A stretch of DNA of 64,000 bases from positions 224,001-288,000 of the forward strand of contig OZ251997.1 in assembly GCA_965247095.1 (NCBI GenBank), given 5' to 3'. The DNA comes from Candidatus Multivorans sp. (GTDB taxonomy: Bacteria; Acidobacteriota; Thermoanaerobaculia; Multivoradales; Multivoraceae). Below, piece after piece: positions 42,140 to 52,706 of the stretch. The notes under the pieces are model-generated. The model worked only from the letters and a program-made list of their open reading frames with translations. It ran no database searches and was not told where the DNA came from. Position numbers and translations under genes: made by a program. How positions within the stretch are numbered: the first letter of the stretch is position 1; the number at the start of each line of letters is the position of its first letter.

Positions 42140-43759
42140 CTACTGCGGCCCCACGGCTCCGCTGGACGAGAGGATCGCGCCGCTCACCGGGTCGTAGACG
42201 GCCGCCACGAAGCGGTGTTCGCGCTTGCGGAGCAGCAGTCCCGTGTCGTAGACGAAGTGCTGGCCGGGCTCTGGTTCTTCCGGGCCCGCGATGTGGATCG
42301 TCTGAACCGGTGTCTCGGAGCGGTCGCCGGACTCGTTGATCACGGTAACGCGCAACTCGAGTTCGTTCATCCACAGGCCGCCCATCGGAAGGAGCGTGAT
42401 GTCGTCGAGGGGAATCACCACCTCCATCGGCACCAGGATCTTCCTGAACCGCGCTTTCCGCGGCGACCCCAGGCGAATCTCCAGTGATTCCGTCCCCGGG
42501 GATCCGCCGAACAGCAGTGCGCCCTCGACCAGCATCGTGACTTCGGCGCCCTTCGACATGTCCAGATAGTGCTTTCGCGATCGCACGCGCAGGTCGTTTC
42601 GTCCCGCCAGCCGCACGTCGATTCTGTGGAGCGCGTCGTCCTCGTCGCGGGGTGGCGTGAAGCCCAGCCAGTAGAACGACCGCGTGTCGTCAGCCGTCGT
42701 GGAGAACGCGACGTCGCGCCGGGAGTTGATCATCGGCAGTCCGCCGGTCTCGCGGGCCAGAAACTCGAGAACCGAGTGATCCGCCCACTCCGGTGCGTTC
42801 GATGAGAACAAGCTTCGCTGCAAACCGCGTGCGTTCATGTACCCGTTGTAGAGGTCGTAGCTCCCGAAGAGGCCGTAGTCGCGGTAGAAGCCGTGACCTC
42901 CGAAACCCGCTGCTCCGATCGACGCGTCGCTCTCGGGCCATGGAAACCTGGGTCGGAAGCCGGGAAGGTCGACGGGATACAAGGTGTAGCCGACCAGGTT
43001 GGCGGAGTGGACCAGCGGCCCGTACAGGTCGTCCACCCTGATGTGGGGGAAGCCGCCGCGGCGGAGCACGTTTTCGGGTAGAGCCGAGGGCGCGCGCCAT
43101 CCCTCGGCGAGAAGGAGCATCACCTTGCGGCCCGGAACAGCGGCGAAGCTCCGCACGGCAGCCGTGGCGGCCATGACAGCTCGCTGGATCTGGGCGGAGC
43201 GGCTGCCCAGGGCGACTATCTGCCTCAGTCCAAGAGCTTCACGGTCTCGCGCCTGCCTTAGTGCGGCTTCGATCTCGTCACGGGAATCCGTCCAGTCCGT
43301 CAGGCGGGTGACGTTGTAGCCGTCGAACACGACAATGGCCACGCGGTCCGCCGGCCCAAGCTGGGCGAGGTCGGTGTGCAGCCCGTCCAGTACCCGGTCG
43401 CGGTCGCGCCGGATCGCGGACAGTTCGTCGATGAAGATGAGGTAGTTCGTACCCACCGGTTCGTCGACCGCCAGGGCGGGCACGTTGCCGACGCCGTCGT
43501 CGGACGATGTCTTCGCGAGCCCGTCATCGACCTCCGTGAAGTAGTCGATCCGCACGGGTGCGCCGTCGACGTGGAGTTCAAAGTCGCTCGCCTGGAGTCC
43601 CCGGATCCGGTTCCCCTTCTTGTCGGTGACGACGACCTCGACGTTGACGACCCGGACATCGATTACGTCGGAGAACAGGTCCGGCAGGGGGCTTTCCTGG
43701 CCCGTGCCGGGAACGGCGGTGAGGATCAGCGTGGTCGTGACGAGTGCGCCGAATCTCAA
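42140..43759 (-). CDS. VWFA-related acidobacterial domain protein, copy B
   Basis: Same motif set as copy A, with a longer G/Y-rich insert after YPVDLPG. Confidence 0.9.
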   Translation of the reverse strand: MRFGALVTTTLILTAVPGTGQESPLPDLFSDVIDVRVVNVEVVVTDKKGNRIRGLQASDFELHVDGAPVRIDYFTEVDDGLAKTSSDDGVGNVPALAVDEPVGTNYLIFIDELSAIRRDRDRVLDGLHTDLAQLGPADRVAIVVFDGYNVTRLTDWTDSRDEIEAALRQARDREALGLRQIVALGSRSAQIQRAVMAATAAVRSFAAVPGRKVMLLLAEGWRAPSALPENVLRRGGFPHIRVDDLYGPLVHSANLVGYTLYPVDLPGFRPRFPWPESDASIGAAGFGGHGFYRDYGLFGSYDLYNGYMNARGLQRSLFSSNAPEWADHSVLEFLARETGGLPMINSRRDVAFSTTADDTRSFYWLGFTPPRDEDDALHRIDVRLAGRNDLRVRSRKHYLDMSKGAEVTMLVEGALLFGGSPGTESLEIRLGSPRKARFRKILVPMEVVIPLDDITLLPMGGLWMNELELRVTVINESGDRSETPVQTIHIAGPEEPEPGQHFVYDTGLLLRKREHRFVAAVYDPVSGAILSSSGAVGPQ

Positions 43760-45174
43760 TTGGGGACTCCCCTGGTTCTGTCCGGCCTTCTACTTGTGCC
43801 CACGGTTCCACTGGACGACAGGATCGCGCCGCTCACGGGGTCATAGACAGCCGCCACGAAGCGGTGTTCGCGGCCGCGGAGCCGCAGTTTCGACTTGTAG
43901 GTGAAGAAATCGCCCGGCTGCGGCTCCCTCGTGCCTGAGATGAGGATCTTCTCCACAGGCGTCTCGGAACGTCCGCCGACGTCGTCGATGACTGTGACGC
44001 GAAACTCCAGTTCATTCGTCCACCGTCCGGCGACCGGCAGCAACTGCACATGGTGGAGCGGAATGGTCACCTCTATCGGGACCAGGATCTTCCTGGATCG
44101 GGTACGTTCGGGCGCGCCCATGCGCACGCTCAGAATGTCCTCGCCGGGCGAGCCGCCGAAGATCAGGGCGCCCTCCACGAGCATTGTGACTTCGGTGTTC
44201 CTGGACATGTCCCGATAGCTCCTGCGTGCCCGGACGCGCAGATCGCGACGGCCAACGACGCGGACTCGAACGTCGTGGTTCTCGTCGTCTTCGTTGCGCG
44301 GCGGTTCGAATCCCAGCCAGTAGTAGGAGCGCGTGTCGGCCGCCGTCTCGGCTAGTGCTCTGGTACGTTGCGCGTTGATCATGACCACTCCGCCGGTCTC
44401 CTCTGCGAGGTACCGCAGGCTGTTGTGCTCCTCCCATTCGCTCGCGCCGCGGAACCCTGGAACGTCCACCGGATACAGCGTGTAACCCACGCGGTTCGCG
44501 GCGTTCGCCAAGGGCCCCAGGACGGTCGTGATGTCGATCATCGTCGGCAGGTCGTACGCCGAGTATTGAGGCAAGCCCCAGCCGCCGGCGAGAACCAGCA
44601 TCACCTTGCGCCCTTCTCGGCTTGCGAAGCTTCGGAGCGTTGCCACCGCGGCCAGTACGGACTGTTCGATCTGTTCCGTCAGGATCCTCTTTTGGTAGTC
44701 GATCTCCAATCTGCTGGACGCCTCGGCCAGCTTCCGCCGGTCGGATAGGCGAATCAGACCCAAGGCAGGGCGCTCCCGGGCCTCGCGTAGTGCTTCCTGG
44801 ATCTCGGCCGCCGAGTTCGTCCAGCCCACCAGAAGAGCAAGGCTGACGCCGTCGGAAGCGACGATCGCGACGCGGTCCCTTGGGCCGAGTTGGACCAGGT
44901 CCTTCTCGAGGTGTCCGAGTACGCGGTCGCGGTCGCGCTGGAGTGAGAAATAGTCGTCGATGAAGATGAGGTAGTTCGTACCCACCGGTTCGTCGACCGC
45001 CAGGGCGGGCACGTTGCCGACGCCGTCGTCGGACGATGTCTTCGCGAGCCCGTCATCGATCTCCGTGAAGTAGTCGATCCCGACGGGTGCGCCGTCGACG
45101 CGGAGTTCAAAGTCGCTCGCCTGGAGTCCCCGGATCCGGTTCCCCTTCTTGTCGGTGACGACGACCTCGACGTT
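43427..45174. repeat. Near-identical direct repeat of about 220 bp shared by VWA copies B (about 43427-43645) and C (about 44956-45174)
   Basis: Visual alignment shows only a few substitutions over ...GTAGTTCGTACCCACCGGTTCGTCGACCGCCAGGGCGGGCACGTTGCCG...TTGTCGGTGACGACGACCTCGACGTT. Confidence 0.85.
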
Positions 45175-45288
45175 CACGACGCGGACGTCGATCACGTCGG
45201 AAAACAGATCGGGCAGGGGGCTCTCTTGGCCCGTGGCCGGTACCGCGGCCAGGAGCAGTGCGGCGATGGTTGCGTGGTGGAATCTCAC
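43756..45288 (-). CDS. VWFA-related acidobacterial domain protein, copy C
   Basis: GGAGG RBS + GTG at 45288 (VRFHHATIAALLL...); same motifs with a very short insert. Confidence 0.9.
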   Translation of the reverse strand: MRFHHATIAALLLAAVPATGQESPLPDLFSDVIDVRVVNVEVVVTDKKGNRIRGLQASDFELRVDGAPVGIDYFTEIDDGLAKTSSDDGVGNVPALAVDEPVGTNYLIFIDDYFSLQRDRDRVLGHLEKDLVQLGPRDRVAIVASDGVSLALLVGWTNSAAEIQEALREARERPALGLIRLSDRRKLAEASSRLEIDYQKRILTEQIEQSVLAAVATLRSFASREGRKVMLVLAGGWGLPQYSAYDLPTMIDITTVLGPLANAANRVGYTLYPVDVPGFRGASEWEEHNSLRYLAEETGGVVMINAQRTRALAETAADTRSYYWLGFEPPRNEDDENHDVRVRVVGRRDLRVRARRSYRDMSRNTEVTMLVEGALIFGGSPGEDILSVRMGAPERTRSRKILVPIEVTIPLHHVQLLPVAGRWTNELEFRVTVIDDVGGRSETPVEKILISGTREPQPGDFFTYKSKLRLRGREHRFVAAVYDPVSGAILSSSGTVGTSRRPDRTRGVPN

Positions 45289-46231
45289 CTGATGTCCTCC
45301 GTGGAGGCGTCTGTACCCGTGTCCGGTGCCAACTCGCCGCTCGCTGACAGGATGGCGCCCGACAGGGGATCGTAAACGGCGGCTACGTAACGGTGCGCCC
45401 GCTTGCGCATCAGCAGGTCCGTCTCGTAGACGAAGGTCTGTCCGGGCGGCGGCGTCTCCGAACCGAGGATCGGGATCTTGCTGACCGGGGTTTCGGACCG
45501 TGCACCGTGTTCGTCGATCAGGGTGACCCGGAACTCCAGCTCGTTCATCCATTGGTCGCCTACCGGCAGAAAGGTCAGATCGTCGAGTGGAATCGTGACC
45601 TCCATCGGCACGAAGATCTTCCTGAACCTGGCTTTCCGCGAGGCGCCGAAGCGCACATCCAGGGCTTCGGCGCCGGGGGCGCCGCCGAACAGCAGGTTGC
45701 CTTCAACCAGCATCGTGAGCTCGGTGCTTCTCGACAGGTCCATGTAGTTGCGGCGTGACCGGACCTGGAGATAGGGGCGTCCGACCAACCGCACGTCGAT
45801 GTCGTGAAGTTCGTCGTTCTGTTCGCGCGGCGGCTCGAAGCCGAGCCAGTAGTAGGAGCGCGTGTCGGCTACCGCATCGGCGAGGGCGGTGCTGCGTGCC
45901 GCGTTGATCATGGCTACGCCGCCCGTTTCACGGGCGAGGAACTCGAAGGCGGCGTGTTGGGAGTGTTCGAGATTCACCCAACGCCCATTGGAGGAGCGGC
46001 CGGCGTAAGCCAGGTTGCTCCGGGAGTGGGTTCGCCGTCGACCAGCAACTCGAAGTCCGATGGAGCCAGGCCTTGGATGCGATTGCCCTTCTTGTCCGTG
46101 ACGACGATCTCGACGTTGACGACCCGGACGTCGATCACGTCGGTGAACAGGTCCGGCAGCACCTCTTCCTGTCCTCTGACGGGGACGGTCGCGAGAAGGA
46201 GGGTGACAGCCGCAGTCCAATCGAGCCTCAT
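45285..46231 (-). pseudogene. VWFA-related protein copy D with internal deletion of the VWA core and a frameshift
   Basis: N-terminus (...DFELLVDGEP, ORF 45974..46231) jumps in another frame at about 46020 to the C-terminal half (FEFLARETGG...SYYWLGF...AVYDPLSG). Confidence 0.88.
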
Positions 46232-46324
46232 GAAGACTCTCCTGGGGTGTTTCTGGATCAGGACAGTCTAGTGACCTGCAACCTCTGTGCCGGGTGCGCG
46301 ACGTTCAGGCAGGCGCCTCAATGC

Positions 46325-46504
46325 TCAATCGCTCGGGCGTCCGTGGTCCTGCCGCGTGCGGACTTCCTCGATCACAGCGGCGACTTCCGATGCGGTCAAT
46401 GGAGGCGGCGTTTTGCCAGTCGGAACGGCGACGACCACCGAGCCGCGGCGTTCAAGTTTCACCTTCGGCACGACCAGCCGGCCTGTTTTGTCGATCGTTG
46501 TCAT
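46325..46504 (-). pseudogene. AbrB/MazE/SpoVT-family antitoxin relic (internal deletion, no cognate toxin)
   Basis: MTTIDKTGRLVVPK fused directly to VKLERRGSVVVAVP...PLTASEVAAVIEEVR; the middle of the AbrB domain appears to be missing. Confidence 0.65.
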
Positions 46505-46519
46505 GGCATCGGGAACACT

Positions 46520-46547
46520 ACCCGCCTTGCCATCAGTCAAGGCGGGT
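46520..46547. promoter_or_regulatory. Palindromic operator over the promoter of the AbrB-type gene
   Basis: ACCCGCCTTG-n8-CAAGGCGGGT perfect 10-bp inverted repeat overlapping TTGACT on the minus strand. Confidence 0.55.
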
Positions 46548-46604
46548 TGAGTGGGAAGAGGATGAGATGCGGCGGCCGCCTGGTTGTGTGTCGAGCGACG
46601 GGTT

Positions 46605-47897
46605 CTAGCGCCGGAGCCGCGCAAGCTTCGCGCGCAGGCGGTCGGCATCGAGGCCGTTCGTCTCGCCAGCCAGCTTGAGCGCCTTTTCGAGTTGCGTGGC
46701 CGCGGCGTCGTCGAGGCCGGAGGCGGCCATCGCGTCGGCCAGGTTCTCAAGCAACTGGATCAGGGCGCCGCGGGTCGACGGTTCCTGGGGGCGCGCCTCG
46801 AACGCCCGGTCCAGAATCTCGACCGTGCGGACGACATCGCCCCGTTCGGCGCTGACTATGGCGATGAGCAGCATCGTGTTCACGTCGCCGCCGTCCTGCT
46901 CCAGCGCCCTCTCGGCCATCGCCAGAGTTCCGCCGAGATCGCGGGCCTGGAAGAGGGCGCGGGCGAGGAACGCGGCGATGCCTTCGAGTTCCGGGTGCAG
47001 CTCGTACGCGCGGCGGGCGGCGGCTAGCGAGCCCGCCTGGTCGCCGGACGCCGCGAGCACTTCGGCGAGGGCGAAGTGGAGTTCGGGCCTGGAGTCGTCG
47101 ACGGCGATGCCGGCTCGCAATTCGCGCTGTGCGAGGTCGAGTTCGCCGTGGACGCGATGGGCGTTCGCACGACGCAGGTAACTGCGGACATCGAGGGCGA
47201 GATCGTGGACGCTGGAGCGAATGGGGTCGTTGCGGTAGTTGACGCGGCCCAGCGTGCGTGCTGCCGCCGCGATCTCCTGGGCGCGGCCTCGCTCGCCGGC
47301 GCGGGCGTGGGCCTGGGCGAGAGTGACCGCGAACGATCGGTTTTCGGGCGCCAGGTCGTGGGCTCGGGACAGGTGCCGGATGGCGCCGGCCGGGTCGCCC
47401 GCGCCAAGGGCGAGGCGGCCGAGTCCGGCGTGGGCGTGGGCGTTGGCCGGCATGAGCCGGATGGCCCGCTGGTACTCGCGGGCGGCTTCGTCGAACCGTC
47501 CCGTCCGCTCCAGGGATTCGGCGTAGCGAACGTGGCCGGGGGCGTAGTCGGAGTCGATCGCCAGAGCGGCGCGGTAGAGCGGGAGGCTGTCTGCTGCCGA
47601 GCGTTCGTCGACGAGGGCGGCAAGCAGGTAGGGCCAACGGAAGGTCTTCGGTGACAGTTCGTGGGCTTGGCGGTAGGCGGCGATCGCCTCGTTCGTGAAG
47701 GTGTGCGCCTCGAGCGCCATGGCGTAGCGGCCCCAGGCGTCGCCGCTTTGGGTGTTGGCGCGGAGGTCGGCCTGGAGTGAGGCGAGGCGTTGGCGGACGG
47801 CGGGTTCGGCGCCGTCGAGGCGGGGTTGGGGGATCTGTTGGGCGGGGAGGGTGGTGGCGGTGGCCGCGGCGAGGAAGAGGGGGAGCAAGCGGAACAT
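46605..47897 (-). CDS. Exported tetratricopeptide-repeat protein
   Basis: Signal peptide MFRLLPLFLAAA; multiple TPRs (AWGRYAMALEAH, FRWPYLLA, AHAGLGRLAL); coupled to the CRTAC1 gene. Confidence 0.85.
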   Translation of the reverse strand: MFRLLPLFLAAATATTLPAQQIPQPRLDGAEPAVRQRLASLQADLRANTQSGDAWGRYAMALEAHTFTNEAIAAYRQAHELSPKTFRWPYLLAALVDERSAADSLPLYRAALAIDSDYAPGHVRYAESLERTGRFDEAAREYQRAIRLMPANAHAHAGLGRLALGAGDPAGAIRHLSRAHDLAPENRSFAVTLAQAHARAGERGRAQEIAAAARTLGRVNYRNDPIRSSVHDLALDVRSYLRRANAHRVHGELDLAQRELRAGIAVDDSRPELHFALAEVLAASGDQAGSLAAARRAYELHPELEGIAAFLARALFQARDLGGTLAMAERALEQDGGDVNTMLLIAIVSAERGDVVRTVEILDRAFEARPQEPSTRGALIQLLENLADAMAASGLDDAAATQLEKALKLAGETNGLDADRLRAKLARLRR

Positions 47898-49624
47898 CAC
47901 GGGGCCTGCCCCTGGCCGCGGACGAGTTCGACGACCTGGTTCGCGGCGGCGCCGTCGAAGCGCTCGGTGAGGCCGTCGGGCCAGACGACATTGAAGCTCT
48001 CGACGGCGTCGACGGCGCCCAGGCCGAGGTGGACGGTTGCGGGCTTGGCCGAGAGGTAACTGCCGCGGGGCAGGACGTGGAGCAGACGGGGGCCGCTCTC
48101 GGTGCGCACCGTGATCCGGGCGCCGATCGCCTCGCGGCGCAGCCGAGGGTCGAGCGCGCGGATTTGGAGCCAGTTCGCGCTGGTGGGTGGGGCGCCGGCG
48201 CCGCCGGGGTCGATCGTCAGGTTGCGCAGGACCTGGGGAGGTCCGTCGAGGTTGGCGATCACCAGGTCGAGGTCGCCGTCCCGGTCCAGGTCGGCGGGAA
48301 CGAGTGCCCGGCTGAGGCCGAGGTCGGTCCATGGGGCTTGGGAGGAGGCGTCGGTGAAGCGTCCGGCGTTGTTGATGAGGAACAGGTTCGGTTCGAGGTA
48401 GTCGGACCAGAATGCGGGCGGGACGCCCGCGTCCGCCGCCGGCGCCAGTGCGGAGGGACGCCGCTTGACGGCGCCGTTGGCGACCGCGAGGTCGAGGTCG
48501 CCGTCGTTGTCGGCGTCGAAGAAGGCGGCGCCGAAACCGGTCAGGTCGAGGCTGGCGGCGCCGAGGTCGGAGTCGATCGTTGCGTCCTCGAAGCCGGGCA
48601 GCATGAGATTGCGGTAGAGGGTGTTCGTTTCGGTGATCAGGTGGGTGACGAACAGGTCGAGATCGAGGTCGAGGTCCGCGTCGCCGGTGGCGATGCCCAT
48701 GCCGGCCTCGCTGTTGCCCCAGCGGTTGAACGCCGACCCCTGGAGAACGCCCTCGTCGACGAAGCTGCCGTCGCCCTGGTTGACCCACAGGTTGTTCGGG
48801 TCGGCGTCGTTCGCCACGTAGAGGTCCATCTCGCCGTTGTGGTCGAAGTCGGCGGCGACGACTCCCAGGCCGGCGTCGGTGACCGTCGAGATGCCGGCTG
48901 AGGCGCTCACGTCTTCGAAACGCTCGCCGTTCAGGTTGTGCAGCAGCACGTCGCTCAGTCCCTCGAACTCGGTCGGTCCGCAAAAGTCGCGCCGGCCGCC
49001 GTGCTGGGAGCAGACCCGCTCGGGATCGAAGGCGACGTAGCGGGCGACGTAGACGTCCAGATAGCCGTCACGGTCGAAGTCGAGCAGGGCGGCGGAGGAG
49101 GACCAGCCGGGTGTGGCCGCGCCCCAGGCCGCGCTGCGGTCGGCAAAGATTCCGTTGCCGTCGTTCAGCAGCAACCGGTCCGGACCGACACGGGTGAGGT
49201 AAAGGTCGATGTCGCCGTCGTTGTCGAGGTCGCCGGCGGCGGCGCCCATGCCGTCGCCATCCAGGCCGGCGACCGTTGTGGCGTCGCTGAAACGGCCGTC
49301 GTCCTGTTGGAGATAGAACCGGTTGCCGCCGGGAGCCGCGGCGATCAGGTAGAGGTCGAGATCACCGTCGCCGTCGGCGTCGAAGACCGCGGCGCCGCCG
49401 CCCATCACCGCGGGCATCGGATACGTCGAGTCCGTGCCGGTCCGGTAGATGAAGTCGATGCCGCTCTCGGCGGCTGTATCGACGAAGCGGATGGCCGCTA
49501 CGGCGGCCGCCGGACCGGGGACGGAGGTCGGGTCCGTTGCTCCAGACTCTGGATCCGTTGGCGAGCAACCGCTCGCCAACGCGCCAAGAAGGCCGATCCA
49601 GAGGCCCGTACCCGGTGCCCGCAT
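47897..49624 (-). CDS. CRTAC1-family protein (FG-GAP/VCBS repeats + ASPIC/UnbV domain), lipoprotein
   Basis: Lipobox ASGC; repeated D.D.DGD.DL motifs, EAGMGIA, AIGARITV, GSYLS, HLGLG, VVWPDG. Confidence 0.93.
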   Translation of the reverse strand: MRAPGTGLWIGLLGALASGCSPTDPESGATDPTSVPGPAAAVAAIRFVDTAAESGIDFIYRTGTDSTYPMPAVMGGGAAVFDADGDGDLDLYLIAAAPGGNRFYLQQDDGRFSDATTVAGLDGDGMGAAAGDLDNDGDIDLYLTRVGPDRLLLNDGNGIFADRSAAWGAATPGWSSSAALLDFDRDGYLDVYVARYVAFDPERVCSQHGGRRDFCGPTEFEGLSDVLLHNLNGERFEDVSASAGISTVTDAGLGVVAADFDHNGEMDLYVANDADPNNLWVNQGDGSFVDEGVLQGSAFNRWGNSEAGMGIATGDADLDLDLDLFVTHLITETNTLYRNLMLPGFEDATIDSDLGAASLDLTGFGAAFFDADNDGDLDLAVANGAVKRRPSALAPAADAGVPPAFWSDYLEPNLFLINNAGRFTDASSQAPWTDLGLSRALVPADLDRDGDLDLVIANLDGPPQVLRNLTIDPGGAGAPPTSANWLQIRALDPRLRREAIGARITVRTESGPRLLHVLPRGSYLSAKPATVHLGLGAVDAVESFNVVWPDGLTERFDGAAANQVVELVRGQGQAP

Positions 49625-49675
49625 CGCTTGATTCTGTACCAGGGCGAGCGCCGGCGGCGCAGGCGAAGCCGATCC

Positions 49676-50083
49676 CTACTGCCAGGCCCCCTGGATGCCG
49701 CCAACGAGCGCGAAGCCGATCGTCAGGTGCGCCGCGTTGATCATCCACAGCTTGAGCGACTTCTGCTCGTGCAGGTAGTTGACGCCCATCATCACCGAAG
49801 CGACGCCAAGGCCCAGGAGCAGACCGGTGTGGATTCCGGCCATGTAGCCCTCCCCACCCATCTCGGCCATCAGCATGCCGACGACGATGGCCGCGACCAG
49901 CTCGAGTACGAAGGTGCCGCCCATGGTCTGGACCATGTTGACCTCAGGCGGGTTCTCCGTGTCGATCCCCAGTTCGGCGGCCCATGCCTTGCCGAACAGG
50001 ACGGAGTACCAGAGTGCGCCGAGGGCGTAGAAGGCGACAGCGGACACGACCACGGCAAGCCAGTTCAGGTCGGCGAGATGCAT
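49676..50083 (-). CDS. DUF1761 family membrane protein
   Basis: NWLAVVVSAVAFYALGALWYSVLFGKAW, NYLHEQKSLKLWMINA; AAGGAG RBS before ATG 50083. Confidence 0.88.
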   Translation of the reverse strand: MHLADLNWLAVVVSAVAFYALGALWYSVLFGKAWAAELGIDTENPPEVNMVQTMGGTFVLELVAAIVVGMLMAEMGGEGYMAGIHTGLLLGLGVASVMMGVNYLHEQKSLKLWMINAAHLTIGFALVGGIQGAWQ

Positions 50084-50158
50084 GTGCAAGCTCCTTTCAG
50101 CCGTTACTTGTAGCGATCAGTGTAGCTTCTGCTTTGCGGGGTGCAAGCCGGTGCGCAC

Positions 50159-50629
50159 CTACTCCTCCGGCGCGCCGAAGTGCTCGATCATGTAGGCGTC
50201 GTAGGGGCCGGCCAGGAAGTCGAGGAAGACCTCGTTGACCAGCTTGACCGCCCTGGTGGCGGCGTACTCGAAGTCACCGTCGAGGCAGCGCAGTTCGATC
50301 GACACGGAGCCGGCGCGGTTACGGCAGCCGGCGTTCGCCTTGGCCGGGTCGAGGCGGCGGTGCTCCGGCAGATCCTCGCTGCTCCGCGCCGCGACGTACG
50401 ACCGGAGCGCCCGGTCCATGGCCGACGGATAGGGAATGCCCGGCAGGAGGTGCACGAACATCAATGCCCTGCGTCGCGGGTCGAACCGCAGCCGGTGCGG
50501 GGTCGGTGCGTGCCAGAGAAACCGCCAATCGAGTCCGCCGCCGCGCGTTGGCCTGACCCCGAATCCCCGAAAGATCCCCCGGTCGGCGTACTTCTGCAAG
50601 CAGGTAAGCACCGTCTCACACGGGGTCAT
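50159..50629 (-). CDS. Hypothetical protein downstream of the Tat ThDP enzyme
   Basis: GGAGG RBS + ATG; MTPCETVLTCLQKYADRGIFRGF...LPEHRRLDP...VKLVNEVFLDFL; host-like codon usage. Confidence 0.7.
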   Translation of the reverse strand: MTPCETVLTCLQKYADRGIFRGFGVRPTRGGGLDWRFLWHAPTPHRLRFDPRRRALMFVHLLPGIPYPSAMDRALRSYVAARSSEDLPEHRRLDPAKANAGCRNRAGSVSIELRCLDGDFEYAATRAVKLVNEVFLDFLAGPYDAYMIEHFGAPEE

Positions 50630-50718
50630 CGTATTCCCTCCAGTTTCCTCTGAGCGCGAGCGGCCGCTGGGACCCTCCCCTCCAGACCCGACGCGGGCGG
50701 GTGTGCGTCCGAGCCGGC

Positions 50719-52704
50719 TCAGTGGTAGTAGGCCATGCAGCCGGGCTCGACCTTGCGGGGCAGGCCGGGCGGGTAGTCGTTGGTCCAGAACTCCTTGATC
50801 GCCTGGCAGTTGATCAGGGTCGAGACGCCGTCCTTGGCGGCCATCTCGTAGCTCCTCGGCAGGGCCTCCCGCAGTTGCTCGGGCGAGGTGGCGTACTCGC
50901 CGCGGGCGCCCAGGCCCTCGGCGATCTTGTCGTAGCGGAGGTTCTCCTGGAACAGGTACATGTGCATCGAGCGGGTGGCTCGCCGGGCCGATCCGTACAC
51001 GCCCCAGGCATTGTTGTTGTAGACCAGCACGACCGCGGGAATCTTGTACTTCGCCAGCGTCTCGAACTCCATGCCGGAGTAGCCCATCCCGGCGTCGCCG
51101 GTGACCGCGAACACCGGGGCGCCACGGTACGGTTCCTGGGGGCCGACTCCGTTCATCACCGCGGCGCCGGCGCCGACCGTGTAGCCGACGTCCGGCCCGA
51201 TCGCGCCGTACTGGTAGGCGCCGTTCAGGATCTGCCCCGGCCGGTGGGCGCGCAGCCAGCGGCGGGTGTAGCGGGCGATGCCGTAACCGCCGGAGACCAC
51301 CGTCGTCTGCTCCTTCGGTAGATCGCCGGAGTAGAGGAAGGACGACAGCTCCTGCGCGATCACGGCGGGGTGGATGGAGTCGGTGGCGGCGCTGTGCTTG
51401 AGCCCGAGCTCGTACCACTCGGCGTTCTGCTTCTCGAACGCCTCGCGGGCGGCTGCGAGCTCATCGCGCCAGGCCGGACGCGACGCGGACGGCAGCGCCT
51501 CGGCGAGCGCTTCGAGCCCGCCGCGGGCGCTGGCCACCAACCCCAGGTCCACGGGTAGGTTGCGGCCGATGTCGGCGGCGTCCGGATCGATGCGGATGAC
51601 CTTGGCGTCGGGGTCGAAGGCGACCTCGCCGACGTTGGGCATCGAGTACTGGCCCGCGAAGATCACGAGATCGGCCGAGAGCAGGGCGTCGGGTCCGGTG
51701 CTCGCCGACAGCGGGTGGCTGTCGGGGAAATGGCCGCGCATGGCGCCCGACTCGACGACCGCGATGTCGGCACGCTCGGCCACCGTGCGGAGCACGTCCC
51801 ACGCCCGGTCGTAGAAGACGCCGGTCGAGGCGACGATCATCGGCCGTTCGGCGCGCTGAATCATCTCGACCGCCTTCGCCGTGTCGGCCTGGGACGGATA
51901 GGGGTGGGAGTCGGTGCGGTACGTGCTCTTGTCGTGGTAGTAGAGCAGGTCGTCCGGCGTGTCGAACTGGGCTCGCGCGACCTCGCCGGTGAAGTCGAGG
52001 TGGACCGGCCGCGGTACGCCGGATTTGAGCTGACGGAAGGCGTAGGCGGCGTACTCGTAGACCCGGTTCGGGGTGATCAGCCGCTTGCCGTACTTCTTCA
52101 TGCCGACCGTCGTCGGCTGCTGGTAGCCGCGCTGGATGCCGCGCTCCGTGTCGTCGCCGCCGACCGTCATGTTGCTGGCCAGCACGAGAAGCGGTGTGCG
52201 TGCGGCGTTCGCGGCGCCGATGTTCATGATCATGTTCGTGAACCCCGGCCCCTCGGTGCCCGAGCAGGCCGCGACCTCGCCGGTGACCCGCGTGAAGCCG
52301 TCGGCGGCGGCGCACATGCTGCCTTCGGTACGGCCGCCGTAGGTGGGGATGCCCTCGGCGGCGATCGCGTTGATCACCTGGTAGTTGCCGGGCGCGCAGA
52401 ACAGCGCCTTGAGCCCCTCGTGGGCGCAGGCGCGGGCAAAGACCTGGGCGCCGTTCATCGGGAACTCGGCCGGGTCGGGCGCCTCGCCCAGAGTGCGCGG
52501 GATGTCCTCGGGAATCGAGATCGGCCGCTCCTCGCGGTCGGTTGCGGCGGCCCTGGCCTGGTTGGCGAAGAGGGCGGCGGCCCCGACTCCGGCGGCGCTC
52601 GAAGCGACGAAGCTGCGGCGGGAAACCGGGGAACCGCCCTTCGTCGCCGCGGTCTCGGGTTCGTCGGTGGTCTGGGCCTCTGGCGTGCGTTGCGATTCGC
52701 TCAT
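50719..52704 (-). CDS. Thiamine-diphosphate-dependent enzyme (2-hydroxyacyl-CoA lyase/oxalyl-CoA decarboxylase-like) with Tat signal peptide
   Basis: SRRSFV...ARA Tat leader; [13 protein letters not shown] (conserved Glu), [14 protein letters not shown], ThDP motif GDAG...[17 protein letters not shown]. Confidence 0.9.
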   Translation of the reverse strand: MSESQRTPEAQTTDEPETAATKGGSPVSRRSFVASSAAGVGAAALFANQARAAATDREERPISIPEDIPRTLGEAPDPAEFPMNGAQVFARACAHEGLKALFCAPGNYQVINAIAAEGIPTYGGRTEGSMCAAADGFTRVTGEVAACSGTEGPGFTNMIMNIGAANAARTPLLVLASNMTVGGDDTERGIQRGYQQPTTVGMKKYGKRLITPNRVYEYAAYAFRQLKSGVPRPVHLDFTGEVARAQFDTPDDLLYYHDKSTYRTDSHPYPSQADTAKAVEMIQRAERPMIVASTGVFYDRAWDVLRTVAERADIAVVESGAMRGHFPDSHPLSASTGPDALLSADLVIFAGQYSMPNVGEVAFDPDAKVIRIDPDAADIGRNLPVDLGLVASARGGLEALAEALPSASRPAWRDELAAAREAFEKQNAEWYELGLKHSAATDSIHPAVIAQELSSFLYSGDLPKEQTTVVSGGYGIARYTRRWLRAHRPGQILNGAYQYGAIGPDVGYTVGAGAAVMNGVGPQEPYRGAPVFAVTGDAGMGYSGMEFETLAKYKIPAVVLVYNNNAWGVYGSARRATRSMHMYLFQENLRYDKIAEGLGARGEYATSPEQLREALPRSYEMAAKDGVSTLINCQAIKEFWTNDYPPGLPRKVEPGCMAYYH

Positions 52705-52706
52705 TG

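Noticed and set aside
40368-46231. Diversity-generating retroelement as the explanation for VWA variability
   Set aside because: No reverse transcriptase in the window, and the differences are indels and block swaps rather than adenine-specific substitutions.
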